Shown piece after piece: positions 37,114 through 47,696 of a stretch of DNA of 64,000 nucleotides (positions are counted from its first letter, which is position 1; each line of letters opens with the position of its first letter). A program made the translations under genes and the position numbers. This stretch comes from Eledone cirrhosa (taxonomy: Eukaryota). The notes beneath the pieces were generated by a model that saw only the letters and a list, made by a program, of their open reading frames with translations, did not search any database and was not told the origin of the DNA. The stretch covers positions 208,692,001 through 208,756,000 of the forward strand of contig OZ024742.1 of NCBI GenBank assembly GCA_964016885.1. The letters run 5' to 3'.

Positions 37114-40100
37114 ATGGCCATAAGAGTAGGAAGTTTAAATGTTCGTGGCCTGGGGTCGCCCTGGAAGCAAGGTCACTTGCTCAACGACCTCAGGTCACTA
37201 GGAATGGATGTAATTGCCATCAGCGAGACCAGAATTTCCGACACACGCGCACTGGCGCCGATTTTCGACGATTATCAGATCTTTGCATCTGTTAGTCGGC
37301 CGGGAATGGGAGGTGGAGTGGCTGTGCTGTTTAGGAAATGTCTGGATCTCGAGGTAAGGTCAATCTTCCGGGATCCTGACGGAAAGTTGGTGGTCCTGGA
37401 CGTGAGCAATAGCGAAGGTGGTGCCTTTAGACTGGTGGCCGTCTACGCCCCTACTGGGGCCGGTCGGCCGGACTTCTTTAGGCGCCTGGAAAACTTTCTG
37501 CTTACGTCTCGCCCTTTACTGTTAATAGGGGATTGGAATGGCATCTTAGAAGCACGCTGGGATTGTGTGGGAGTATCTGATAGGAGCGGGGGGTGCAAAA
37601 GCCTCAAGTACCTGATCAGCCAGTTTCAACTGTCTGACAGGTACCGACTAGATTTCCCTAATGCGCCAGTATGGACCTGGACCAATCGCATAGGGTCATC
37701 TAGATCGTACATAGATAGGATTTTCATTAGGAAAAGAGATAGAAATAGTGTAGGATGTCCACATTTTAAAACGGTTGCCTATTCAGATCACAAGCTTGTG
37801 ATCTGTATGGTCGACCTAGATAAGACACGTAGGTTAGGACCTAGCTACTGGAAGCTAAACATGTCGTTTCCGGCACGTAAAGCTTACAGGGACCGGGTCA
37901 ACAACCTAGTTAAGCAAAAGTTGACAGGGGGGGTTGTCAACAACAGGTGGTGGGGGGCACTCAAAAGAGAGATTAGAGCAACCTCGATAGGATTTAGCAA
38001 AGAAGTAGCAATAGAGAAAAATAGAAAGGAGGAGGGGCTGATAGCTAAGTTAGACGAGGCTATTTGTAGTGGCATTGCAACAGACGTGCTAGCGGCGAGA
38101 ATGGCACTAGACCATTTCTTCAATGCGAAACACGAAGGTTGCATTGTCAGAGCTAAGGCGCGTGCTCTGAGGAACGAGGGAACCAAAGCTGCCCGATGGG
38201 CTCGCTTTGCAGAGACGCAGCGTGGAAATAAAACCACAATTCGGTCTTTGACGGATCGAGATGGACACGAACTGAGCGATTCCAAGCAGATGTGTGAGGC
38301 CTTTCGCCAGCACTTTGCTCGATTGTTCGGGAGGATGGGTGAGTCGGAGACGGCGGCGGACTTCAGTCCCTACCTCGACGGCTTGCCACGCCTCTCGACG
38401 GCCGACGCTGAGCGCTGCGAAGAGCCGATAACATCAGCCGAAATTCAGGACGCCCTTGTCGGCTGCTCGAGTCGCAAGTCACCCGGTTTGGATGGTCTGC
38501 CCTACGAGCTTTACGTAAATATGCCAGACTTGTTCTCCGATCTCCTCGAAGCGCTCTACTGCAACTGGCAGCAGAACGGGAGCATTCCCAGTTCTGTGAG
38601 CCGTGGCGTAGTGACGCTGATAAGGAAAGACGAGAACAAGAGGGACACACTAGATAATTTCAGGCCCATAACCCTGCTCAACACAGAGTTTAAGATTTTG
38701 GCCAAGGTGTTAGCGAAAAGGTTGGCGCTTGTCGTCAAAGATTTGGTTGGGGAGGCGCAAACTTGCGCAATCCCGACCAGGTCCATACACGACAACCTCC
38801 ACCTCATGCGATACATCATAGAGAGGGTTGGGTGCAAACCTGGCTTCGGTGGGGCTCTGATCAATTTAGATCAATCGAAAGCATTCGATAGGGTCGACCA
38901 TCGGTACTTGGAGGCTGTCCTCGAGGCGGCTGGCTTCGGCCCCGTCTTCAGAAGCTGGATCGCTGCAATGTACAGCGGCATCCGCTCGGTGGTCAAAGTT
39001 AATGGCCACCTCTCGGAACCGTTTCAGATCTCTCGATCGGTCCGTCAAGGGTGCCCTCTCTCCTCACTTCTGTACGTATTGACTCTTGAGCCTCTACTGC
39101 GGAAGCTGGAGTTGTTGCAGGGCATCCCGCTCGAACCGGGACGTAGAAAGGCTGCGTCCGCTTATGCGGACGACATCACCGTGATGGTGTCGGACACCTC
39201 GGAAATCGAGGTGATCCGCACCCATTTGGAGGAATATGAAAGGTTGACGGGAGCAAAACTTAACCCGGAAAAGTTGGTGGGCTTGCAGCTCGGCACCTGG
39301 AGAGGCAAGTCCATGCCGTCCAACAGCGTCGTTGGGCGCTGGACAGACGGACCGGTAAAGTTGCTCGGGGTTTGGTTCGGACCAGACCTCCAGGTGGATA
39401 AGAATTGGGACGAGGTGACGAGCAGGATAGCCAACCTCACCCAGAAATGGGCTGAGAGAAAGCTATCACTGAAAGGGCGGGCGGAGGTGGCGAACGCGTA
39501 CATCGCGTCCGTCATCTACTACCGCCTGACCGTCGTGCCTTGCCCCCGTCCACGCCTCGCCAATTTGGAACGGCTCCTTTTCAAATTTTTGTGGAGGGGA
39601 CGGGTCCCGTTGGTGAGGCGGTCCATCTGCTGCCAGCACCCTCTTCGTGGAGGGCTGGGCATGCCGTGGCTAATGATGCGCAGACATGCGCTGAGGCTGC
39701 GACATCTCCAGATATTTTGCCTAAACGGTGAACAGGTGTGGTCGCCGTTTGTTAGACGGGCCTTTCCGCAGCTCATCTCTTTGACTGAGCTGCAGTCCTG
39801 GGTCAAGAAGAGACCGAGACTGGGCGACTGGCATCTGGAATGTTGCCAGGCGCTCACTGCACTCTGCAAGGTGGGCAATGCGGTCAGTGGAACTTCCACT
39901 CAAGATTTCTATAGAGGATTAGTGGAGGGCAAGTGCGATGACGTACTAGGAGAGGCTCTGGGCGTCAACGAAGTAGAACTGACCAGTATGTTCCGGAGGA
40001 CTTTCGAGCCGGGGACGATGGATAACTTCCAGAAATCCCTCGCTTGGCAGTGCTACCGGGGGGCGCTGCCGGTTCGGGATAAACTCTACAGGCACGGAAG

Positions 40101-40533
40101 TGCTGTCAGACGAACCTGCCCGAGATGCACGCAGAGCGACGAAACCGTTCTGCACGCACTCGTCCAGTGTCCGTGCATTGCTGACTTGTGGGGTTATGTC
40201 GAACAGCTATTGTCGCGTGTAGAACGGATCCGGCTATCGTCCGAGTCCATAGTGAAGATTGACCCGCCGCCTTCTTTTGGTCAGGAAGGGCAGGCAATTT
40301 TCCTCTGCCTGGTGGCAGTAGCGAAAGAGGTTGCATGGTGGACCAGGTTGAAAGGACTGAAGACAGACACTTTTCTCTTCGGCCAATCCCTCATCAACTT
40401 CTTCAAGTTTCACTTGGAAAGGAAGGTGAGGGTGGAGAGAGAAGTGCTGCCCCCCAGTACATTTACTGAAAGGTGGGTGAATGTGGCGAGAATGGCCCGC
40501 GTGAGTGGGCCTACTCTGATCATGCGCCTGTAG
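37114..40533 (+). CDS. Tx1 ORF2: AP endonuclease, reverse transcriptase, CCHC zinc finger (1139 aa, uninterrupted)
   Basis: NVRGL, ISET, VYAP, GDWN, SDH; KSPGLDG, FRPITLLN, LDQSKAFDRV, QGCPLS, YADD; CPRCTQSDETVLHALVQC. Confidence 0.95.
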   Translation: MAIRVGSLNVRGLGSPWKQGHLLNDLRSLGMDVIAISETRISDTRALAPIFDDYQIFASVSRPGMGGGVAVLFRKCLDLEVRSIFRDPDGKLVVLDVSNSEGGAFRLVAVYAPTGAGRPDFFRRLENFLLTSRPLLLIGDWNGILEARWDCVGVSDRSGGCKSLKYLISQFQLSDRYRLDFPNAPVWTWTNRIGSSRSYIDRIFIRKRDRNSVGCPHFKTVAYSDHKLVICMVDLDKTRRLGPSYWKLNMSFPARKAYRDRVNNLVKQKLTGGVVNNRWWGALKREIRATSIGFSKEVAIEKNRKEEGLIAKLDEAICSGIATDVLAARMALDHFFNAKHEGCIVRAKARALRNEGTKAARWARFAETQRGNKTTIRSLTDRDGHELSDSKQMCEAFRQHFARLFGRMGESETAADFSPYLDGLPRLSTADAERCEEPITSAEIQDALVGCSSRKSPGLDGLPYELYVNMPDLFSDLLEALYCNWQQNGSIPSSVSRGVVTLIRKDENKRDTLDNFRPITLLNTEFKILAKVLAKRLALVVKDLVGEAQTCAIPTRSIHDNLHLMRYIIERVGCKPGFGGALINLDQSKAFDRVDHRYLEAVLEAAGFGPVFRSWIAAMYSGIRSVVKVNGHLSEPFQISRSVRQGCPLSSLLYVLTLEPLLRKLELLQGIPLEPGRRKAASAYADDITVMVSDTSEIEVIRTHLEEYERLTGAKLNPEKLVGLQLGTWRGKSMPSNSVVGRWTDGPVKLLGVWFGPDLQVDKNWDEVTSRIANLTQKWAERKLSLKGRAEVANAYIASVIYYRLTVVPCPRPRLANLERLLFKFLWRGRVPLVRRSICCQHPLRGGLGMPWLMMRRHALRLRHLQIFCLNGEQVWSPFVRRAFPQLISLTELQSWVKKRPRLGDWHLECCQALTALCKVGNAVSGTSTQDFYRGLVEGKCDDVLGEALGVNEVELTSMFRRTFEPGTMDNFQKSLAWQCYRGALPVRDKLYRHGSAVRRTCPRCTQSDETVLHALVQCPCIADLWGYVEQLLSRVERIRLSSESIVKIDPPPSFGQEGQAIFLCLVAVAKEVAWWTRLKGLKTDTFLFGQSLINFFKFHLERKVRVEREVLPPSTFTERWVNVARMARVSGPTLIMRL

Positions 40534-40828
40534 GCTGGTGAATTCGAGAAGGAGAGGGGTGCCCTTCCCGGGTGCCCTAGGAGCGTCGGGTGGCTCAGGA
40601 CTGGTGGGGTGCTTGAGTCAACCCTGGGTGGTGATCCCTCTTATTGGGGAACTTTCATTGTTGTATTTTTATTGTTATTTTGTTTTTGTTTTTTTGTTAT
40701 TTATACTTACTCGATCTCTATGTAAACCCCCACTGTCCCTGTCTATTGTGTTGTCCCCTATATGTCGGCCCTTGTGGCCAATAAATGAAATCATTATTAT
40801 TATTATTATTATTATTATTGTTGTTATT

Positions 40829-42874
40829 CCTTGATCTCAGTCATTGATGTTGGTTAACTGGAAAGTCCGTTGGAATGAATATCAAGCCAATACCTGCAGC
40901 CTCAGATATTCAGGACGTATCAGAGGGTTCTTGCTGTTCCAAGCAAGCATGCCTTTTGAAGCGTTCCAAAAAGCGTGAAAGGGCCGATTTTCTTTAACCA
41001 TCCCTGGAAACTTTTGGAGATAGTCCCCAGTGCGCCTATGACAATCGGGATCACTTTGACTTCATGGCAGTTCCAAATCCTTTTCACCTCCCACTTTAGG
41101 TCCTGGTATCGGTTAATTTTCTCCCTCTCCTTCTCTTGCACTCTCGTGTCGAAAGGGCAGGCCACATCCACAATCAGACACGATCTTTTTTCTTTGTCCA
41201 CAACCACCAGGTCAGGTCTATTGTGTTCCAGTTTTTTGTCCGTCTGTATCCTAAAATCCCACAGCACCTTCACCTGATTGCTCTCCATCACCGCCTCTGG
41301 CCTATGCTCATACCATTTCTCAGAATGTGGTAAATTGTTTACTTTGCACAGGTGCCAGTGGATCACCCTGCCCATCACATCGTGTCTCCAGCCCTTATAG
41401 TGGGTCTGGGCTAGGGGTTTACACTCGGACACAACGTGTGCCACAGTCTCCTCTCTCTCTCTCCACAGATCCTGCACAGTGGGCTAGCCTCCTCCTTGTA
41501 AATATGGTGCTTCAACCACTTCGTTTTGAGGGCCTGCTCCAGCGCAGCCATTAGCATTCCTTCTGTAGCCTTTTTGAGGTCTCCTCTTCTCAACCAGTTC
41601 CATGTCTGTGGATCTCTAAATTCAGTTTTCTCAAAGAAGGTACTATGAAGGGATTTTCCCTTAAGGCTGCTCTTCCTCCTTGATGTTATTTCCTCCTTGG
41701 ACATCCCCTGGCCTACTGTCCCCTCCTTCAGTACAGTTCTGAGCATTGGCTCCTTACTATAGGTCACGTATTTGTATAGGTTGTTTTTCTCCATCTGAAC
41801 ACAGTCCTCTATGCTGATAAGACCTCTTCCACCCTCAGATCTCCTTAGGTAGAGTCTATCGACATCACTCCTCTTGTGGAACATGTTGTAGATAGTCAAT
41901 AGCTTCCTAGTCTTCCTATCCATTTCTTTTTGTTCAGCAACATTCCATCTCAGAATTCCCGCACTGTACCTAATAATAGACACAGCTCGGGAATTTACTG
42001 CGCTTATGGCATTTCTGCTGTTCAGATGTGACTTCAATACGCTCCTTACTCTCCGAATGTATTCAGTTCTTAACAATTTCTTCATTTTTTTGTTCTTTAT
42101 GCCATCAGCCTCCAGAACGCCCAAATACTTGTATCCTTCCTCAGAGTCAATTTCCTTTATCATCTCACCTGTTGGTATCTGGATCCCGTTACTTCTGCTC
42201 AACCTACCCCTCCTCATCACAATGACTCCACATTTACTAATACCAAACTGCATACATATATCACTGCTGAAAATACGGACAGTGTCAACAAGCACATCCA
42301 ACTCCTTCTCAATTTTCCCGAAGAGCTTAAGATCGTCCACGAAGAGGAGGTGATTGATGGTAAGCTCTCCCTTTCCCAACTTGTATCCTGCTCTCACTTT
42401 TCGCAGCATAATGGTCAAGGGCATCAGGGCAAGGACAAACAACAGAGGGGACAGGCTATCTCCCTGGAAGATACCTCTCTTGATCTTCACGCTTCCCAAG
42501 GATACTCCAGTTGATGTCAACTCTGTCTCCCAGGACCCCATACTCCTGCCCAGCAACTGTCTGATGTTATCTGCCACCCTGAAGATCTCCAGGCTTTTGG
42601 CGATCCAAGAATGAGGCACCATGTCAAATGCCTTTGTGTAGTCTATCCATCCCATGGCAAGATCAGTGTGTCTCCTCCTGCAATTCCCCATTACCATCTT
42701 ATCAATAAGTAACTGGTCCTTTGTACCACGTGTCTTCTTTCGGCATCCTTTCTGTTCGTCCGGTAACAAGTTGTTAGTGTGGAGGTGATGGTAGATTTCC
42801 TCAGACACAATGCTCGTCAACAGTTTCCACATTACGGACAGACATGTGATAGGTCTATAGTTGGTAGTTGGTAA

Positions 42875-42875
<1 letters not shown>
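40829..42875 (-). mobile_element. R4/Dong subfamily A, 5'-truncated, young
   Basis: Long open RT ([18 protein letters not shown]), CCHC and RPD..VD..EK endonuclease; one frameshift in a (TC)n run near 41455. Confidence 0.93.
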
Positions 42876-42908
<33 letters not shown>

Positions 42909-42914
42909 GTTATT

Positions 42915-43906
42915 CCTTGAATCTCAGTCATTGATGTTGGTTAACTGGAAAGTCCGTTGGAATGAATATCAAGCCACTACCTGCAGCCTCAGATATTCAG
43001 GACGTATCGGAGGGTTCTTGCTGTTCCCAGCAAGCATGCCTTTTGAAGCGTTCCAAAAAGCGTGAAGGGGCCGATTTTCTTTAACCATCCCTGGAAACTT
43101 TTGGAGATAGTCCCCAGTGCGCCTATGACAATCGGGATCACTTTGACTTCATGGCAGTTCCAAATCCTTTTCACCTCCCACTTTAGGTCCTGGTATCGGT
43201 TAATTTTCTCCCTCTCCTTCTCTTGCACTCTCGTGTCGAAAGGGCAGGCCACCACCACAATCAGACACGATCTTTTTTCTTTGTCCACAACCACCAGGTC
43301 AGGTCTATTGTGTTCCAGTTTTTTGTCCGTCTGTATCCTAAAATCCCACAGCACCTTCACCTGATTGTTCTCCATCACCGCCTCTGGCCTATGCTCATCC
43401 CATTTCTCAGAATGTGGTAAATTGTTTAATTTGCACAGGTGCCAGTGGATCACCCTGCCCATCACATCGTGTCTCCAGCCCTTATAGTGGGTCTGGGCTA
43501 GGTGTTTACACTCGGACACAATGTGAGCCACAGTCTCCTCTCTCTCTCCACAGATCCTGCACAGTGGGCTAGCCTCCTCCTTGTAAATATGGTGCTTCAA
43601 CCACTTCGTTTTGAGGGCCTGCTCCTGCGCAGCCATTAGCATTCCTTCTGTAGCCTTTTTGAGGTCTCCTCTTCTCAACCAGTTCCATGTCTGTGGATCT
43701 CTAAATTCAGTTTTCTCAAAGAAGGTACTATGAAGGGATTTTCCCTTAAGGCTGCTCTTCCTCCTTGATGTTATTTCCTCCTTGGACATCCCCTGGCCTA
43801 CTGTCCCCTCCTTCAGTACAGTTCTGAGCATTGGCTCCTTACTATAGGTCACGTATTTGTATAGGTTGTTTTTTCTCCATCCGAACACAGTCCTCTATGC
43901 TGATAA
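42915..43906 (-). mobile_element. R4/Dong subfamily A, shorter 5'-truncated copy nearly identical to its neighbour
   Basis: ORF 42989-43888 with intact CCHC + RLE. Confidence 0.93.
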
Positions 43907-43924
43907 ATTATTATTATTATTATT

Positions 43925-44787
43925 TGCATTTATCTTGCTTTATGTTTATACGAGTTATCACCAAGTCACAACCAGTGACCTCAAGAGACAACAAGGTCCG
44001 CCATGTTCAAGAAAGAACACACATATTCACACATGCATCCTTAGTGTTTAGACTTGTGATGTACTTATATTGACAGGATCTTCCTTAGTATATGGGCAGT
44101 TCCCATTAGTACTATCTTTTGTATTTCTCCTATACGCGGGTTTCCTGGGATTTGCGATAAGTAGTCGTTAGACCCCTTAGGTATCATTCCCAGAGCGCCT
44201 ACAACCACTGGTATTGTTTTAGTTCTCAATTTCCACATTTTTCCAATTTCTATCTCCAGGTCCTTATACTTGCTCAATTTTTCAAATGTTTTTATAGATA
44301 CATTCTTGTCTATTGGAACAGACATATCAATTAGCAGGCATACCCTCCTTTGAAAGTCCTTCAATATTATATCAGGTCTATTTGCATCTATTTTTCGGTC
44401 TCTTTGGATTCTAAAGTTCCACAAGATTGAGATGTGATCTTTTTCAAGTATGGGAGGTGGTTGATGCTCCCACCAATTCTTTTGATGGGGCAGGTCAAAA
44501 TGCTTACACATTATCCAATGTATGTATTGTGCAGCTCTGTCATGCCTGTTTAGGTATTCGGTTGGAGCTATAGGACTGCACATTGAAATTATATGGTCAA
44601 TGGTCTCTGGTTGTTTTTTGCATACACGGCATAGTGGGCTGCACCCATTTTTTATTATGTTGGCTTGGTAATTTTTTGTTGGCAGACACTGATCTTGTGC
44701 GGATATAATCAGTCCTTCAGTCTCCGATTTCAGTCCAGAGGATGCCAACCACTGATGGGTTAAAGTTTTGTCAACATCAGGATTGTT

Positions 44788-44790
<3 letters not shown>
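43925..44790 (-). mobile_element. R4/Dong subfamily B, 5'-truncated
   Basis: ORF 44065-44748 CRVCKKQPETIDHIISMC, RH, RPDII, LID, EK..Y.DL. Confidence 0.93.
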
Positions 44791-44828
<38 letters not shown>

Positions 44829-44876
44829 TGTTGTTGTTGTTGTTGTTGTTGTTATTATTATTAATATTATTATTAC
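44791..44876. repeat. (ATT)n(GTT)n(ATT)n compound microsatellite
   Basis: Seen directly. Confidence 0.9.
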
Positions 44877-45509
44877 TACATATATGTTTATATACATTTT
44901 TTCTTCTAACTTAAATTTTATACCTAATTGTGTATGGTTGACGATATATTTAATCGATTTCCACGCGCTATTGAAATGCTGGATACATATTCTGTAGCTA
45001 TTGATCGCGAATAGATGGCTGTCGCTTATTTATCTATTATTTCTTCATAGGTACCTTTTAATCTTATAGCCTTGTTTAATTGTTTTTTTGTGTAGTTGAT
45101 TATGCTGATTGGGAGTGGAAATGGTGTATATATCTTATCAAATGATTCTATGGACATACTTTATAGTATATATATATATGAATATATATTTTTTGTGTAT
45201 GTGATGGTTGTTTTCCGAAACCTCAGTATGCAGGTTGGAGGACTCAATAAGGGCGCAGGCTGGTTTGTTTGCTCGAGAGAGATGTAAAATAAAAAGTGTA
45301 AGTCAACATGTAAAAGTTTGTTTCGTTTATCCAAATGTATTGCTATACATATTTTAGTGACAGCCATTATTGGCTATGACTTCATCACGCGGTAAGAATT
45401 TATGCAGAAAAAACAGGATAACATGATGTTGTAATGGGTTTTACCTTGTTAATTCATCGATATGTCCAGCTCCTGGGGATGTTGTTAGTCCTCAATGGAC
45501 GAAATTCTT

Positions 45510-45564
45510 ACTGTCTGATGAAGTCATAGCCAATAATGGCTGTCACTGAAATATGTATAGCAGC
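45510..45564 (+). ncRNA. Minimal type I hammerhead (same family as 25578-25633) in the right arm of inverted repeat 45311-45590
   Basis: ctgt CTGATGA agtcatagcca ataa tggctgtcact GAAA tatgta TA gcag; mirrored, core-mutated copy at about 45340-45395. Confidence 0.65.
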
Positions 45565-45716
45565 GAATTTGAATAAACGAAGACACTTTATTTTTTTATA
45601 TGAACATATATATATATATATATAAAGTGTTTTCGAGGAAAGGTAAAGGAAAGGAGAGTGCTTTATGTAGACTACAGAGATTTTTAGTTATGTAATAAAC
45701 AACATAATATAATTAT

Positions 45717-45787
45717 TTCACTTACCAAATGTTTCACGAAGACCGCCGAGCTTGACTCAGACGTCTAAAATCGTTCGTCAGAATGAA
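45717..45787 (-). ncRNA. Type I hammerhead with extended stem II
   Basis: ttcatt CTGACGA acga..tcgt GAAA catttgg TA agtgaa. Confidence 0.55.
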
Positions 45788-46379
45788 CATTTATTTAAAT
45801 CGGATGTGAGATATCGATTTCAAAACAAAGTCTAGAACAATTGAAAGCGAGGCTGAAATAAAATAAGGGACGTAATTTAAAGGGGAAAATAATAAATGTA
45901 TATGTATATATATAAAAATATACACATACATATATAAGCACATACCCACGCATATACTTATACTTACATACACATACGTATATGTACGCATAAATATATA
46001 TACAAATACATACATACACACGTACACTTACACATGCACATACACATATCTAAAAATAAATATATATATATATACAATATGCACATACACGCACACATAC
46101 ATATAGACGTACATGTACACATGCATACACATACATATATATGGATATATATATAAACATACATATATACATATATATACACGCACACATACATATACAT
46201 ATATACATGCATACATGTACACACACGCACACACACATACATATACATATATACATGCATACAAGTACACACACGCACACACACGTCTATAGATATTTTC
46301 AATAAAGCAGTCCCTTATGATAATTAGGCCCTTAAAAATAGCGGTTTCAACGAACAAATCAAATATATACCAACTCCTC

Positions 46380-47090
46380 CTTCTACCATTAAACACAATA
46401 ACAGGAAAAGAACAATTATATGGTTTACTCCACCTTTCTCTTTAAGTGTTAAAACTCATTTAGGAAGAAAATTCGTTGAGCCTCTAGACAAACATTTCCC
46501 CTAACAACATAGATATAATAAGATATTTAATAGAAATCTAGTTCAAATTAGCTACTTTTGCTGCCGATCCATGAAATCCAAAATTACCAACTCGAATATA
46601 ACTAACGGAAACCCAGGATGTAGTTGCAGGAAACCAGAAGAATGCCCCGTTACAGGGCAAATGCAATACGAAATCAATCGTATATGAGGCCAAACTGACA
46701 CCCATTAAAAAGACCCAACCAGCCAGGAGTGAGCGATGTGTGGGTATAACACAAGATAATTTTAAAATCAGACACTATGCACATGTCGCTTCCTTCAAAC
46801 ACCCAGATAAACGAACATCTATGGCGCTGGCTATTAAAGTGTGGGAGATTAAAGAACGCAAGACTCCATACTCAATTGATGGGTCTATTTTAGACCACTC
46901 AAAAGAATACCAAAAAGGCACAAAGAAATGTTCTTTGTGTATAACTGAAAAGTACAGAATTCTTCAAAACCTGAAAACTCCTACCACTTACCTCAATTCT
47001 AAAACTGAGATTATCAGAAGTTGTCCACTCCTGAAATCACATTTCCTTTCCAGCTGGTATAATATATCTACGAACACTCAACTACCCTGA
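46380..47090 (+). mobile_element. PLE (Hydra-like) linker + GIY-YIG remnant
   Basis: IIWFTPPFS, KHFP, CSCRKPEECP, VGITQDNFKIR, KCSLCITEK, LNSKTE. Confidence 0.8.
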
Positions 47091-47696
47091 GCTTCCTCTT
47101 TACAAAATAACTCTTCCACTCACTACCCAGATCGCTTTATTAAAACATGAATTTTACCCAGATAGACTTATAAACACATATTTTTACCACAACCATTATA
47201 CACAATTATCTCCCACTTGTTTATTTTATTTATACCTTCGCCCATTTTCTGTCAAACATTTAACACATGCACACCCACCACCTTCTTTCTGTCCAGCTTT
47301 TTTAACCCCTTTTTTAGAGATCCTGAACACTTCCACCCCCCCCCCCTCTTAACCTTACCTTTATCTACAACCAATAACACTCACATATTCACTTTATTCG
47401 CATATCATTTGGCAAATCGTATCACTACTTTTATCCCTTCTTTCTACTTATTAGTTATACGCTTTCTACACACACACTTACATTCCATTATTTTTTACGG
47501 GAACCCTATTTCTACTTTTCAGATATTATATTCATAGTTATGTATGAATATATGTTTATGTATGTATACATTTTTGTATGCATTTATTTATAATTGCGTG
47601 TGAATTCTTACATATTTGTGTAATTATATATGGTTTGTCATAGGTATGTGTGTATGTATCTACATGTCTATATATGCGTATATATATATATATATA

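Larger units (their letters stand above)
34963..40792 (+). mobile_element. Full-length young Tx1-type (L1 clade) retrotransposon inserted in (ATT)n
   Basis: 5'UTR, ORF1, intact ORF2 and 3'UTR; (ATT)n directly at both ends, no poly(A). Confidence 0.93.

Noticed and set aside
41411-42931. 506-aa ORF with poly-Ile N-terminus as a novel fusion protein
   Set aside because: Read-through from the neighbouring Dong 3'UTR across (AAT)n into a truncated RT
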